In this document: in pieces, positions 17,353-26,727 of the stretch
How the letters are laid out: each line of letters starts with the position of its first letter
Position numbering within the stretch: position 1 is the stretch's first letter
Origin: Methyloglobulus sp.
Lineage (GTDB): Bacteria > Pseudomonadota > Gammaproteobacteria > Methylococcales > Methylomonadaceae
Direction: 5' to 3'
Assembly (NCBI GenBank): GCA_013141505.1
Contig: JABFQX010000011.1
Location: forward strand, 3,631 to 67,630
Length of the DNA: 64,000 bases
The notes under the pieces: generated by a model
The model's database searches: none
The model's input: the letters and a program-made list of their open reading frames with translations, nothing else
Told to the model about the DNA's origin: nothing
Translations under genes and position numbers: made by a program

Positions 17353-19740
17353 ATGACAATCCGTTTCAATCGCCATCACCTGATAATGGCGTTTATCACC
17401 TTCATACTTTGCGGAAAGGTTAGCGCAGAGAGTACCACGCAGCAATACCACATCCCGGCGCAGCCTCTCAACAGCGCCTTGATGCGGTTTGCGTCCGATT
17501 CCAACCTGGAACTGTTGTACACCGCCGATAAACTGCGGGCGTTCAAAACGGGTGGACTAGACGGCAGCATGACCCCGGCGCAAGCTTTGTCGCAATTGCT
17601 GCAAGACAGCGGGATGACCTATCGATTTGTCGATGCTAATACTGTCACGATTGAACCGCCGCCAAGCAATTTCATAAAAACAGCTAATGTCGAAGAAAAA
17701 CCCGAGCCACAATCGAGCAGCGAAACGACCTTGCCGAAAGTGACGGTAGAAGCGGATGCCGGTTACGATTCCGAAAGCCCCAGCCTAACGACTCCATCGA
17801 TAATGGAGTCGCAACAAAAATTAAACCGTGTACCCGGTGGGACAACCGTGATTGATGGCGAACGAATCAAAGAAGGTAGTGCATTATCAGTGAGCGATGC
17901 GTTGGCGACAGCACCCGGCGTTTATGTCGGTGATAACAGTACGGGAGCCACCGCCGGATCACGCATATCCATGCGAGGCTCCGATGTCAATTCGTTCGTT
18001 TCGCCTATTCGTGGCTTGAAGATTCTTCGCAACGGCATGCCTCTCACAAATGCAAACGGCGACTCCGATACCGAATCCATTAACCTTTATGCGATTGATC
18101 ATATCGATGTTTATCGGGGAGCAAATGCGTTGGAATATGGCGGCAGCAATCTGGGTGGTGCAATTAACTTCATCACCCCGACCGGCTATACTGCTGATCC
18201 GTTAAAAATTGGCATGACTTGGGGTACCAATGGCTATGTCAAGCCCTCGATTAGTGCGGGTAAGGTTTTCGGCAACGGCTTTGATGCCTATGGGGCGTTT
18301 TATTACCTCGATACCAATACGACCCGGGAGAACAACGAACAAGAACAGCTTTTGGGGCACGGCAATATCGGTTATCGCTGGAACGAAAATCAGGAAACCC
18401 GGCTGTACTTTGATATTCAAAATCATGGATTTTTATGGCCATCGACATTAACCAAACAACAAATCGACGAGAACCCCAAGCAAAATCCAAACGACTGGTC
18501 GTTGCCAAATGGTTTCCCTGTGTACCGCGTCGATTTGAAACATTCAGTGAAACTGGCTGATGGTGACCGCTTTGATGTCGGAGCTTATTATTCCAATCAT
18601 CAGTATAGGTATGATTACACAGGCGGCAGTAATCATGATACCTGGGAAAATGTCGGTTTCAATTGGCGACACGAAATCAACGGCAATCTGTTCGGCTTGA
18701 AAAACAGGGTCGTTTGGGGCGGACTCACGCAAGGAATGTTTATTGATGACCGGAACTATGACACCGTTAACCGGCATCTTGGCCCTTTAAGGAACGCCGA
18801 GCGCGACCACTGGCTCAATGTTGAAGGCTATCTGGAAGATCAGCTTAGCCTGTCAGATACTTTCACCTTGGTTGCCGGTCTGCAACTTAACTATCGCAAA
18901 GTTGACTATGAACGCACTGAAGGTTATGTTGCCAGTGCATCAATGCCCAGTAGCCAGGGCGATCAGGATTTTTTTAACGCAAACCCCAAACTGGGTTTTA
19001 CTTGGCAAGCCACAAAAGAGGCACAGATATACGGTAATTTAAGCCGCAGTTCAGAACCCGCCCCGCTGTGGAATTTGGAGCATATATTTGTTAAACCAAC
19101 GCTAAATGCCCAGACGGGCAGTACAGTTGAAATCGGTACTCGTGGGCAAACGGATCATTTGAAATGGGATTTGGCGTTTTACCAGTCCTGGCTGAATAAT
19201 GAATATCTGATAATTGGGGATCCTTTTAACCCAACTGTTTCTACCTCTACAAACGCCAATGGTACAACCTTGCATAGCGGTGTCGAATTAGGCCTTGAAA
19301 CCACAATACCGTTAAATCTTGTTTCTGCTGACGACCAAATTCGCTTCAGTGGAAATTACACCTGGAATAATTTCCACTTCGACAAAGATCCTCTTTTAGG
19401 CGATAACCGTATGCCAGGCATACCGGAACACAATGCCCGCTTGGAAGCAATCTATCAACATCCCAGCGGGTTTTATATCGGGCCGAATGCACAAATTGTC
19501 AGTTCCAATTGGGTGGATTTTGCCAATACACTGGCCGCCAGACCTTATGCTTTGCTCGGTGCCCGTATTGGTTGGGATGACGGCGAACACTGGAAGCTAT
19601 TTATTGACGGTCGTAATTTGACTAATGAACATTATGCGTCGTCTGTTTGGGTAATGAGCAATGCGGGCGGTGCTGACCAGTATCAGTCCAACCCAGGAGC
19701 AACACGCTCGATATTTGGTGGCTTTGAATACCGATTTTAG
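17353..19740 (+). CDS. TonB-dependent receptor with N-terminal STN signalling domain (FecA-type transducer)
   Basis: YHIPAQPLNSALMRFA...GLDGSMTPAQALSQLL STN domain, TonB box LPKVTVEA, plug IDVYRGANALEYG, C-terminal GFEYRF. Confidence 0.92.
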   Translation: MTIRFNRHHLIMAFITFILCGKVSAESTTQQYHIPAQPLNSALMRFASDSNLELLYTADKLRAFKTGGLDGSMTPAQALSQLLQDSGMTYRFVDANTVTIEPPPSNFIKTANVEEKPEPQSSSETTLPKVTVEADAGYDSESPSLTTPSIMESQQKLNRVPGGTTVIDGERIKEGSALSVSDALATAPGVYVGDNSTGATAGSRISMRGSDVNSFVSPIRGLKILRNGMPLTNANGDSDTESINLYAIDHIDVYRGANALEYGGSNLGGAINFITPTGYTADPLKIGMTWGTNGYVKPSISAGKVFGNGFDAYGAFYYLDTNTTRENNEQEQLLGHGNIGYRWNENQETRLYFDIQNHGFLWPSTLTKQQIDENPKQNPNDWSLPNGFPVYRVDLKHSVKLADGDRFDVGAYYSNHQYRYDYTGGSNHDTWENVGFNWRHEINGNLFGLKNRVVWGGLTQGMFIDDRNYDTVNRHLGPLRNAERDHWLNVEGYLEDQLSLSDTFTLVAGLQLNYRKVDYERTEGYVASASMPSSQGDQDFFNANPKLGFTWQATKEAQIYGNLSRSSEPAPLWNLEHIFVKPTLNAQTGSTVEIGTRGQTDHLKWDLAFYQSWLNNEYLIIGDPFNPTVSTSTNANGTTLHSGVELGLETTIPLNLVSADDQIRFSGNYTWNNFHFDKDPLLGDNRMPGIPEHNARLEAIYQHPSGFYIGPNAQIVSSNWVDFANTLAARPYALLGARIGWDDGEHWKLFIDGRNLTNEHYASSVWVMSNAGGADQYQSNPGATRSIFGGFEYRF

Positions 19741-19866
19741 CTAATTCGGGTTTCACTTTTTTTGGGATAGAGATTAGCTCTGCCCTTTTTTATAAAGCCA
19801 TAAATTGATTGAGCCGCAGTGTAAGGTAAATTTATGGATAGGCAGGCTACAAAACAAAAGTATTTA

Positions 19867-21028
19867 ATGAACTTGAAAGCGCGCCGCAAATTTTGGCTGG
19901 AGATACACTTATGGCTAGGATTGGCACTTGGCTTGTTTCTGTCTATTTTTGGCATTACTGGCAGTATTTTAGTGTTTTATCCTGAAATTGAGGAGTTGTT
20001 AAACCCTGGCATGTTAGTAGTAGCTCAGCCACTGGATGCTCACGCTTATAGACCATTATCCGAAATATTTAAAAGCGGCAGTGCCGTCATGCCGCCGCAA
20101 GCCAAGCATACCTTTGCGACTTATCCCCGCAACAGCGAAGCCGCCTTTATACTGCGGTATGCTTTGCCTTTGGCTTCTGGGGTGACAGAACAGTGGCAGG
20201 TTGCGGTAAACCCTTACACGGCGGAAGTCACGGGCAAACAATTAGGGGTAGCTAGCGATTCCATTTTGCCTAAAACCCTTATCGGCTTTGTTTTTGAGCT
20301 GCATTACGCCTTATTGTTGGACGAAGACCCTGATTATTGGGTTGTTGGCATTATAGGTGCATTTTCGGTCATTTCAGTGCTTACCGGTTTGATCCTCTGG
20401 TGGCCTTTTACCGGAAAATGGTTGCAGGCGGTCACGATAAAACGCAAGGCCAGTATTGAACGCTTAAATTTTGATTTGCATAAGACTTTTGGCTTTTATT
20501 CAACCGTTATTCTTATACCTGTGTTATTTTCAGGGGTGTACATGAATGTGCCAGAACACGTCGTACCGGTAATTGAGTGTAACTTATCGCTATTGGTTTA
20601 AGTCTGCGCCACCGATTAGCGATACCCAAGCTATCGGCATGGACGAGGCTGTTGCCATCGCCATGCAGCATTATCCAACAGGTCGGCCTCACTTTATTTA
20701 CGGCGCTCCAAGCCAAACCGACTCCTTTACGGTATGTCAAAATGGGGTAGATACGCCCAATAGTCTATTACAACGGCGTTGTCTGGTAATGGATCGCTAT
20801 AGCGGCAAGATTCTGGACGTAGACGACCCTGCTATTGGCACAGTGGGAGAGGTATTTACGCACTGGCAATGGCCGTTGCATTCCGGGCAAGCCTTCGGCT
20901 GGACGGGTCGCATTCTGGTATTTCTGTCTGGTCTTGCCTGCCCGGTGCTGTTTGTAACTGGGGTGATCCGGTGGCTGCAAAAACGCAAAGCCAAGCGTTT
21001 GCACAAAATCCAGCAGACTGCAAACTGA
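19867..21028 (+). pseudogene. PepSY-associated TM protein split by a frameshift near 20578
   Basis: N part (HLWLGL...ITGSILVF, ELHYALL, FDLHKTFG) in ORF 19834-20601 and C part (WPLHSGQAFGWTGRILVFLSGL...TGVIRW) in ORF 20573-21028 together make one PepSY-TM protein. Confidence 0.8.
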
Positions 21029-21121
21029 ATGTTACAACGGCCTTAAATACTTCTCCCTGGCTTATTTAATCAATTGCCCAATATGTAAAAAGTATGTTTT
21101 GTTGGATGATAAAACAAGGAA

Positions 21122-21760
21122 ATGCCACTAAATCTACCCTCAGTCACGGTTTCCCGCATTGAGGAGAAAAATGACTGGGATTGCCCTATGTATGCCGTCC
21201 CTGCCCAAGTTACGATGTTCTGATTGGGTTGCGTAAACGCCGCCTTATACGGTCACGGCCCTTTATATGGCCCCCTATGCACAGTCGCTGCGTGGGTATC
21301 TTGTTAAGGCCGTAATCCGCCGCATGGTAAGGGGTTCACCACACATTCGGCGGATTATACCCACGGGGGACAAGCGCCGCGCCCAAACGAAAGTGGCAAA
21401 TCAAAACCCAGTCAATTTGCGCGGCTAATCCGCCCTAAGGTACTTCGACCGTAAAATCACCAATGTTTACACCGAATCCGCCAACAACCACATCAAATCA
21501 ATTGCCCGACAAGACCGTGGTCACAGTTTTGGTGCGCCAAGGGCAAGGACGCTGTACACCAACGCGAAACACAAGGTAAAACGGAAATCCTTTAAGGCTG
21601 GAGCCCGTGAGGATACTATCGGCTATGGCTTGCCAAATAGTGATGAAATTACCCATTTTGATGAACCATTTAATCAAGAATTTTTCAACTTTGGTGTCAT
21701 ATTTCCACACGACCCTGAAAAATGATTATTTTAGAATTCCCACACGATATTGCGAATCCC
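21122..21760 (+). mobile_element. Internally deleted, degenerate ISL3-family transposase remnant
   Basis: RBS+ATG 21122 reads MPLNLPSVTVSRIEE, then a broken Zn-finger region (RCSD.GCVNAALYGHG). Frame 21435-21725 reads YFDRKITNVYTESANNHIKSIARQDRGHSFGAPRARTLY, like the ISL3 C-terminus; probable right end near 21740-21760. Confidence 0.65.
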
Positions 21761-21910
21761 CTTATTCTATTAGGTTTTTTTAAAATTATATTGATAAAAT
21801 CAAGTAACACGATGATGAAGCAGATATTGTTGGCTATCGCACCAAAGCGCAAGATTTGCTAAAAAGGAATTGTTACCACCAACTGGAAAGACCTTTATGG
21901 GATTTTAAGT

Positions 21911-22684
21911 ATGATTAAAAACAATAGTTTTCTGTTAAGCATTTTTTTTCTAACCATAATTGCGGCAAACGCTTATGCCCTAGAATGCGGCGCATTACGC
22001 CTTGAAAAAGCGAGAAGTCCGGGCGTGGACATTTCAGGTAACACCTGCGGTCACCCGCAAAATATTGCCGTCGAGTCAATGTTGCTGTTACAACCCGCTT
22101 CCCGTGCGTGGTTGGAGTCAGTTGCAGACAATGGCAAGGCTTCCGAATTTAAAATAATCTGCCAGAATGAATCGGCTTCGCCCATAAAAATCAAAATTGC
22201 CAGCAATGCCTTACCTTGGATAAAACCGGAAAGCCTGCTCAATTGTGGCGCTTGGGTTGATAAGCGTTTGGAATGTAAAGAGCCTGAAAATAATAAGGTC
22301 GCATTGATTTGTGCCATCGCCTTGCGGAATAAATTAGTAATGACGCATGAAATTCAAACCAGCGCTTCTATCAATATGAGAGGAACACCGGGTCAGGGTA
22401 AGGTTCAACCTTTAACTGCTCGGCAAATACAGCAACTACAGTCGATTATGGACAACAAGGTCAGCAAGAAGATTAAGCTGTGCAAAAGTTTATTTGCCGA
22501 GGAGTTAACAATTAATTGGACAATCGACCCGTCAGGTCGGGCGACGAATTTTTCCGTCACACAAAGCACCAGCACACAAACAACCGCTAAAGATCCATTT
22601 GCGGATTGCGTTATCAATCACATTAAAGCCTGCCCGTTCCCGGTGTTTTCCAGCGGCATTAAGGTGTCCAGCGCATTCAAGTAG
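21911..22684 (+). CDS. Exported Cys-rich protein with C-terminal TonB-C/AgmX-like domain
   Basis: Signal peptide; C-terminal LTINWTIDPSGRATN...FADCVINHIKACPFP resembles TonB_C-like folds. Confidence 0.55.
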   Translation: MIKNNSFLLSIFFLTIIAANAYALECGALRLEKARSPGVDISGNTCGHPQNIAVESMLLLQPASRAWLESVADNGKASEFKIICQNESASPIKIKIASNALPWIKPESLLNCGAWVDKRLECKEPENNKVALICAIALRNKLVMTHEIQTSASINMRGTPGQGKVQPLTARQIQQLQSIMDNKVSKKIKLCKSLFAEELTINWTIDPSGRATNFSVTQSTSTQTTAKDPFADCVINHIKACPFPVFSSGIKVSSAFK

Positions 22685-22705
22685 CAGCAATTATTTTATT
22701 CAAAC

Positions 22706-24829
22706 ATGAGGGTATTGCCGTGGCTTGCAAAAAAATGGCTGGTTTTATGTGTGATTATTGCCGCGTTGTTGGGTGCTGTAGTTGATGTCACACTGGGTAC
22801 TAAAATAGATTACTGGATCCATGATGCCGCACTGGTTTTCCAAGCCAGAACAGAATGGAAATCCACTGCCATCATCGTTTTGGATGACGATGTCCCTATT
22901 CAGGTAAGTCGTAAACAAGCGTTACCTTTATTTGCGAAAGCCGCCGAAAATGCACTTGCCGCCGGGGCAAAAGGGGTTTTTCTGGATGCTCGGATACCCA
23001 AAGAGATTGAAGGCATTATGCCTTACGCGCTGTGTATCGAGACAAACGGGACAGTACGTTGGTCTAATCCCGGTTGTGAGATAACCGAGCACAACCAATG
23101 CGAATTGCGTAACAGTGCCGTAGGCCATGCGCCTTTAGCCATGAAAGGCTCAGTTTTTTCGCATTTTAAGATCGCACCTTATCTTGCTGATTCAAGCAAA
23201 CTACCTGATTTTTTATTGTTTGGTGTCGCAGCGGAAACCTATATCCCTGACACCGGGCTTGTTGCTTCGGATCGGATAATCGCAAAAAACTCCCCCATTA
23301 ACCGATGGTTTGAACTCAGAGAAAATCACGCAATTATTTCGCTGGCAAAGTTTATAGATCCCCAAAAAGTAAGTGAATCATTAAAGTCTGAAGATAAAGA
23401 AGTCTGTGATAAAGGTGTATTTTGTCGACGTATCAGGCTAAGCCGTCCGTATTACAATCTCCAGCCTTCACCTAAACAACCAATTATCCCAGTGAGTCAT
23501 TTGGCCGCCTGTGATAATCGAATTACCGAACAAGAAGCCTTGGTATTAAAAGATAGGGTCGTGATTTTGCAGTTAACCGCGCCTTCAGAGTCAACTGATA
23601 TGTTAGTCACCCCGATGACATCAGCTTTACTGGGGTCGCATTTATTAACGCCAGGCGCACAATATTTGGCAGATGCGGTTGAGACGGTTTTAAATAACGA
23701 TCATCCTCGTGCACCACCTGAAATAGTTAAGCTGGCATTGTTTTTAATTGTAGCTTTATTAAGTGTTTATGTCGGTGCTTACATGAAGCAATGGGTACTC
23801 TGGAGTGTCGGCGCAACGCTGTTTATTTTGCTGAGTGCGCTATGTTTTCTTTTTCCGGTACAGCAACTTTGGCCAGTAACGGCCACCTTGTTAACTTTTA
23901 TGACAGGTGCAGCGCAGGCCATAGGTATTCATTTGGTTATCGGTTTTAGGGAAGGAAAACTGATTACTCAGTATATGCCCAAGCAAGTCCATCATTTGTT
24001 GCTGTCCCTAAAAGAAGATGAGGTTTTCCAAGGTCAACGCTATCAGGTTATTGTGCTGATGAGCGATATGACCGGTTACACTACCATCACCGATATCCTT
24101 AAAGAACCCGGGCATGTGTTAGAGCTGATGAACGATTATCTGGAAACCGCATTCGTCCTGCAAAAGAAATATGATGCTTGGCTGGAAAACTATATGGCCG
24201 ATATGGTGTGTTATTACTGGCCTAAAAAAAACCGGCATCAACAGGATGATTTTCGCAATGCCCTGCAAGGCGCGATTGAATTATCCCAGCTACAAAAGCA
24301 ATTTTTTTCGGGCATTAAAGATCGGTATAAGCATAAGTTTAATCCCAACGCACTAAACAATATCAGCCAACTTATTGATGCCGGTATAGGTCTTGCGTGT
24401 GGCACGGTGGTAATGGGGGATTTAGGTCCTAAACAAGGTGTCAGAAAGTTTGGGATTTTGGGTGACCCTTTAAATTTGGCCACCAGAATTGAAAGTCTTA
24501 CCCGCTATTTTAATTCCGAAATCGTCGTGACCGCTGATTTTTTAGAATCAGCAAAGCAATTAGGCTATGGAATCAGGCGATTAGGGTCGTTTACAGTAAA
24601 AGGACGGCTGCATCCTGAGCATCTGTATACAATTGGCACTTTCGATGATCCACGCTTTCAGCAAGCCAATGTCGAATTGTGGGAAAATTGGTTGGCAATC
24701 GAAGAGAATGATAGAGATACAAACAATGCGGAATGCCCCGAGATTTACGATAAAGACCGATTGTCACTGCGTAACTGGAAAGCCAAAGGCTTATTAATAA
24801 AGGGCGTTTGGCACTTGGATGAAAAATAA
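22706..24829 (+). CDS. CHASE2-domain class III nucleotide cyclase
   Basis: N-terminal TM, CHASE2 (IIVLDDD, AGAKGVFLD, PGAQYLADAVETVL), three TM helices, cyclase motifs VLMSDMTGYT, YMADM, GTVVMGDLG, LGDPLNLATRIE, TVKGR. Confidence 0.85.
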   Translation: MRVLPWLAKKWLVLCVIIAALLGAVVDVTLGTKIDYWIHDAALVFQARTEWKSTAIIVLDDDVPIQVSRKQALPLFAKAAENALAAGAKGVFLDARIPKEIEGIMPYALCIETNGTVRWSNPGCEITEHNQCELRNSAVGHAPLAMKGSVFSHFKIAPYLADSSKLPDFLLFGVAAETYIPDTGLVASDRIIAKNSPINRWFELRENHAIISLAKFIDPQKVSESLKSEDKEVCDKGVFCRRIRLSRPYYNLQPSPKQPIIPVSHLAACDNRITEQEALVLKDRVVILQLTAPSESTDMLVTPMTSALLGSHLLTPGAQYLADAVETVLNNDHPRAPPEIVKLALFLIVALLSVYVGAYMKQWVLWSVGATLFILLSALCFLFPVQQLWPVTATLLTFMTGAAQAIGIHLVIGFREGKLITQYMPKQVHHLLLSLKEDEVFQGQRYQVIVLMSDMTGYTTITDILKEPGHVLELMNDYLETAFVLQKKYDAWLENYMADMVCYYWPKKNRHQQDDFRNALQGAIELSQLQKQFFSGIKDRYKHKFNPNALNNISQLIDAGIGLACGTVVMGDLGPKQGVRKFGILGDPLNLATRIESLTRYFNSEIVVTADFLESAKQLGYGIRRLGSFTVKGRLHPEHLYTIGTFDDPRFQQANVELWENWLAIEENDRDTNNAECPEIYDKDRLSLRNWKAKGLLIKGVWHLDEK

Positions 24830-24878
24830 CGGTTGTGACTGGTTTAGATAAAGTACGACCTAAATTAAAATGAAAAAT

Positions 24879-25592
24879 TTAAAACCCATTCGGCAGCTTC
24901 TTTTTGAGCGTGATAATTTTTTTGTCAATCGCCAGGTATTCGCCAGTTTCCAACTGTTTTAAAATCCGGCTGATGACCTCCCGGCCTGAGCCGACACGCG
25001 AAGCGATTTCCTTATGTGTCAATGGGATAGCCACAGTTCCCTCGCCGCCTTCTTCTACGGGTGTCGCCAAGGTATACAAATAATCCCTTAATCGGGCGTA
25101 CACATCCATCAAAGCCAGGCTCTGGGCAATGCTGTTGGTAAAGCGGATTTTCAGGCATAAATACCGGATTACGTGCATGGCGACTTTTGGATTTTGTTCG
25201 AGCAGTTGCAAGAAAACAGCCTTATGCAGCACAACTAGGGAGCACTGTTCCAGTGCGACAACACTGGCAGATCGAGGTTTGTCATCCAGCAGGGAAAGTT
25301 CCCCGAAACAATCGCCCGCTTTTAGGATGGCTAAAATCAATTCCTTGCCGTCTTCGTTACTGACCGTGACTTTCAGCGACCCTGATTCGATGAGGTACAT
25401 CGAACTGGAGTCATCGCCGACATTAATCACTATCGTGTTTTTGGGATAAGTCCTTTTTGAAACCTTTTCTGCAAGACTTTTTAAGTCGCTCTCGTCCAGA
25501 TTACTAAAAAATTCGTTGTTCTTGAGAAGATCGGTCGTATCCATAGGTTTAGGAATGTTGGCTTTATGGAAATAAACGTACGAAGCATACAC
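24879..25592 (-). CDS. Crp/Fnr-family cNMP-binding transcriptional regulator
   Basis: cNMP pocket FGELSLLDDKPRSASV; HTH LTHKEIASRVGSGREVISRIL. Real start may be MDTTDLL. Confidence 0.93.
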   Translation of the reverse strand: MYASYVYFHKANIPKPMDTTDLLKNNEFFSNLDESDLKSLAEKVSKRTYPKNTIVINVGDDSSSMYLIESGSLKVTVSNEDGKELILAILKAGDCFGELSLLDDKPRSASVVALEQCSLVVLHKAVFLQLLEQNPKVAMHVIRYLCLKIRFTNSIAQSLALMDVYARLRDYLYTLATPVEEGGEGTVAIPLTHKEIASRVGSGREVISRILKQLETGEYLAIDKKIITLKKKLPNGF

Positions 25593-25724
25593 CGAAACTC
25601 TTGTGCTATGTAGCTTATTTTAATGCTATTCAATTGAAAATTATCAATAAATAGCTTTTTCAATCACCTTCTGATCAGTACGGCACTCATCAATAATAAG
25701 GCTCAAAACAGGTCATTTCTGACT

Positions 25725-25845
25725 TTTTGTGCATAAGTCACAAAATTAGTGTTCTTAAGTCACTGATTCAGATTTTGGCGTTTCATACACTGTATCTGCC
25801 GATTGAGAAAGCCACTTGAACGGCAAAAACGGTGATTTAGTCACC
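25725..25845. promoter_or_regulatory. Two GTG[AC]-N5-TCAC palindromes in the divergent crp / repeat-protein promoter region
   Basis: ttttgtgc-ataag-tcacaaaa (25725-25745) and ggtga-tttag-tcacc (25831-25845). Confidence 0.35.
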
Positions 25846-25903
25846 TAAATGAATGGCGGTCATGTTGGCCGTTATTAATTTCAAAACTTTAGAGGATATT
25901 AAA

Positions 25904-26314
25904 ATGAAAACATTTATTACAACAACGGCATTGGTACTTAGTTTTGGTGTAGCCGGATTAGCGTTGGCGGAGGGCACTAGGATAGAGCAAAACTCCACTA
26001 TCCATAATAAAGGAAAAAATAATAAAACCCAAAATTATAGTGAAGGTAAAAATTCAGTTGCGAATACAGGCTCAATTTTTATAAATCAAGCAAAGATTAG
26101 TAACTCAACAATAGATAATAAATCTGAAAATAAAAATACTTTGAACTCCTCTACTGGTGTTGGATCGACCGCCAATACGGGTTCTATCGCTATTAATAAA
26201 GGCGTAGAAATTAAGGGGTCTAAAGTATTCAACGATACTAACAATACAGATACCAACAACATATCGGGAGGAGAGAACTCAATAGCTAATACAGGTTCTG
26301 TTGACATTAGATGA
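25904..26314 (+). CDS. Secreted Asn/Ser/Thr-rich protein with three ~38-aa imperfect repeats (curlin/Fap-like candidate)
   Basis: RBS agagga + ATG 25904; signal peptide ending ALA; repeats end ANTGSIFI, ANTGSIAI, ANTGSVDI; mature part has no Pro or Cys. Confidence 0.8.
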   Translation: MKTFITTTALVLSFGVAGLALAEGTRIEQNSTIHNKGKNNKTQNYSEGKNSVANTGSIFINQAKISNSTIDNKSENKNTLNSSTGVGSTANTGSIAINKGVEIKGSKVFNDTNNTDTNNISGGENSIANTGSVDIR

Positions 26315-26320
26315 TATTTA

Positions 26321-26368
26321 GCGGGGAGGCAGTTGGGTCAATTTCCCAATTACCACCCCGCCTTTTTT
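26321..26368 (+). terminator. Intrinsic terminator after the repeat-protein gene
   Basis: gcgggg..ttggg-tcaattt-cccaa..ccccgc followed by TTTTTT. Confidence 0.65.
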
Positions 26369-26379
26369 AAAATGAGGGT

Positions 26380-26694
26380 ATGAGAATGTATAAAAAATTC
26401 TTAGTTTGTCTGTTGGTGGGTAAATTATTCAGCAATCCTTTATTTGCAAATGACCTTGATGATGGGATAGGTCTTGATGAGGTAGCTAAAGACGATTTAG
26501 AAAAATCTATCAACATCCAATATTTTATTCGCAGTGCCAAAGCTAAAGCGGCTCAAGGAATTTATGAAATACCAGACTGTTTAGGCGCAGGTAACCAAAT
26601 CTTCGGGCCGGGCGCTAATTTGAAGAATGCAACCATCATCAATCTTTCCAATAATAAAGGTACAAGCAGTGTTTGTACCAAAAACCTTAGATAA
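26380..26694 (+). CDS. Small exported protein with one degenerate copy of the Asn-rich repeat
   Basis: Signal peptide; C-terminal ANLKNATIINLSNNKGT resembles AKISNSTIDNKSENKNT of the upstream protein; two Cys. Confidence 0.65.
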   Translation: MRMYKKFLVCLLVGKLFSNPLFANDLDDGIGLDEVAKDDLEKSINIQYFIRSAKAKAAQGIYEIPDCLGAGNQIFGPGANLKNATIINLSNNKGTSSVCTKNLR

Positions 26695-26727
26695 AAAACC
26701 CATTACTGATTATGGGAAGGGGCTGAC

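Noticed and set aside
21100-21760. Group II intron or structured ncRNA in the long intergenic gap
   Set aside because: No domain V/VI consensus; translated fragments fit an ISL3 transposase remnant better.
21791-21803. FNR box ttgat-aaa-atcaa
   Set aside because: Spacer is 3 nt rather than 4 and the region is very AT-rich, so chance is likely.
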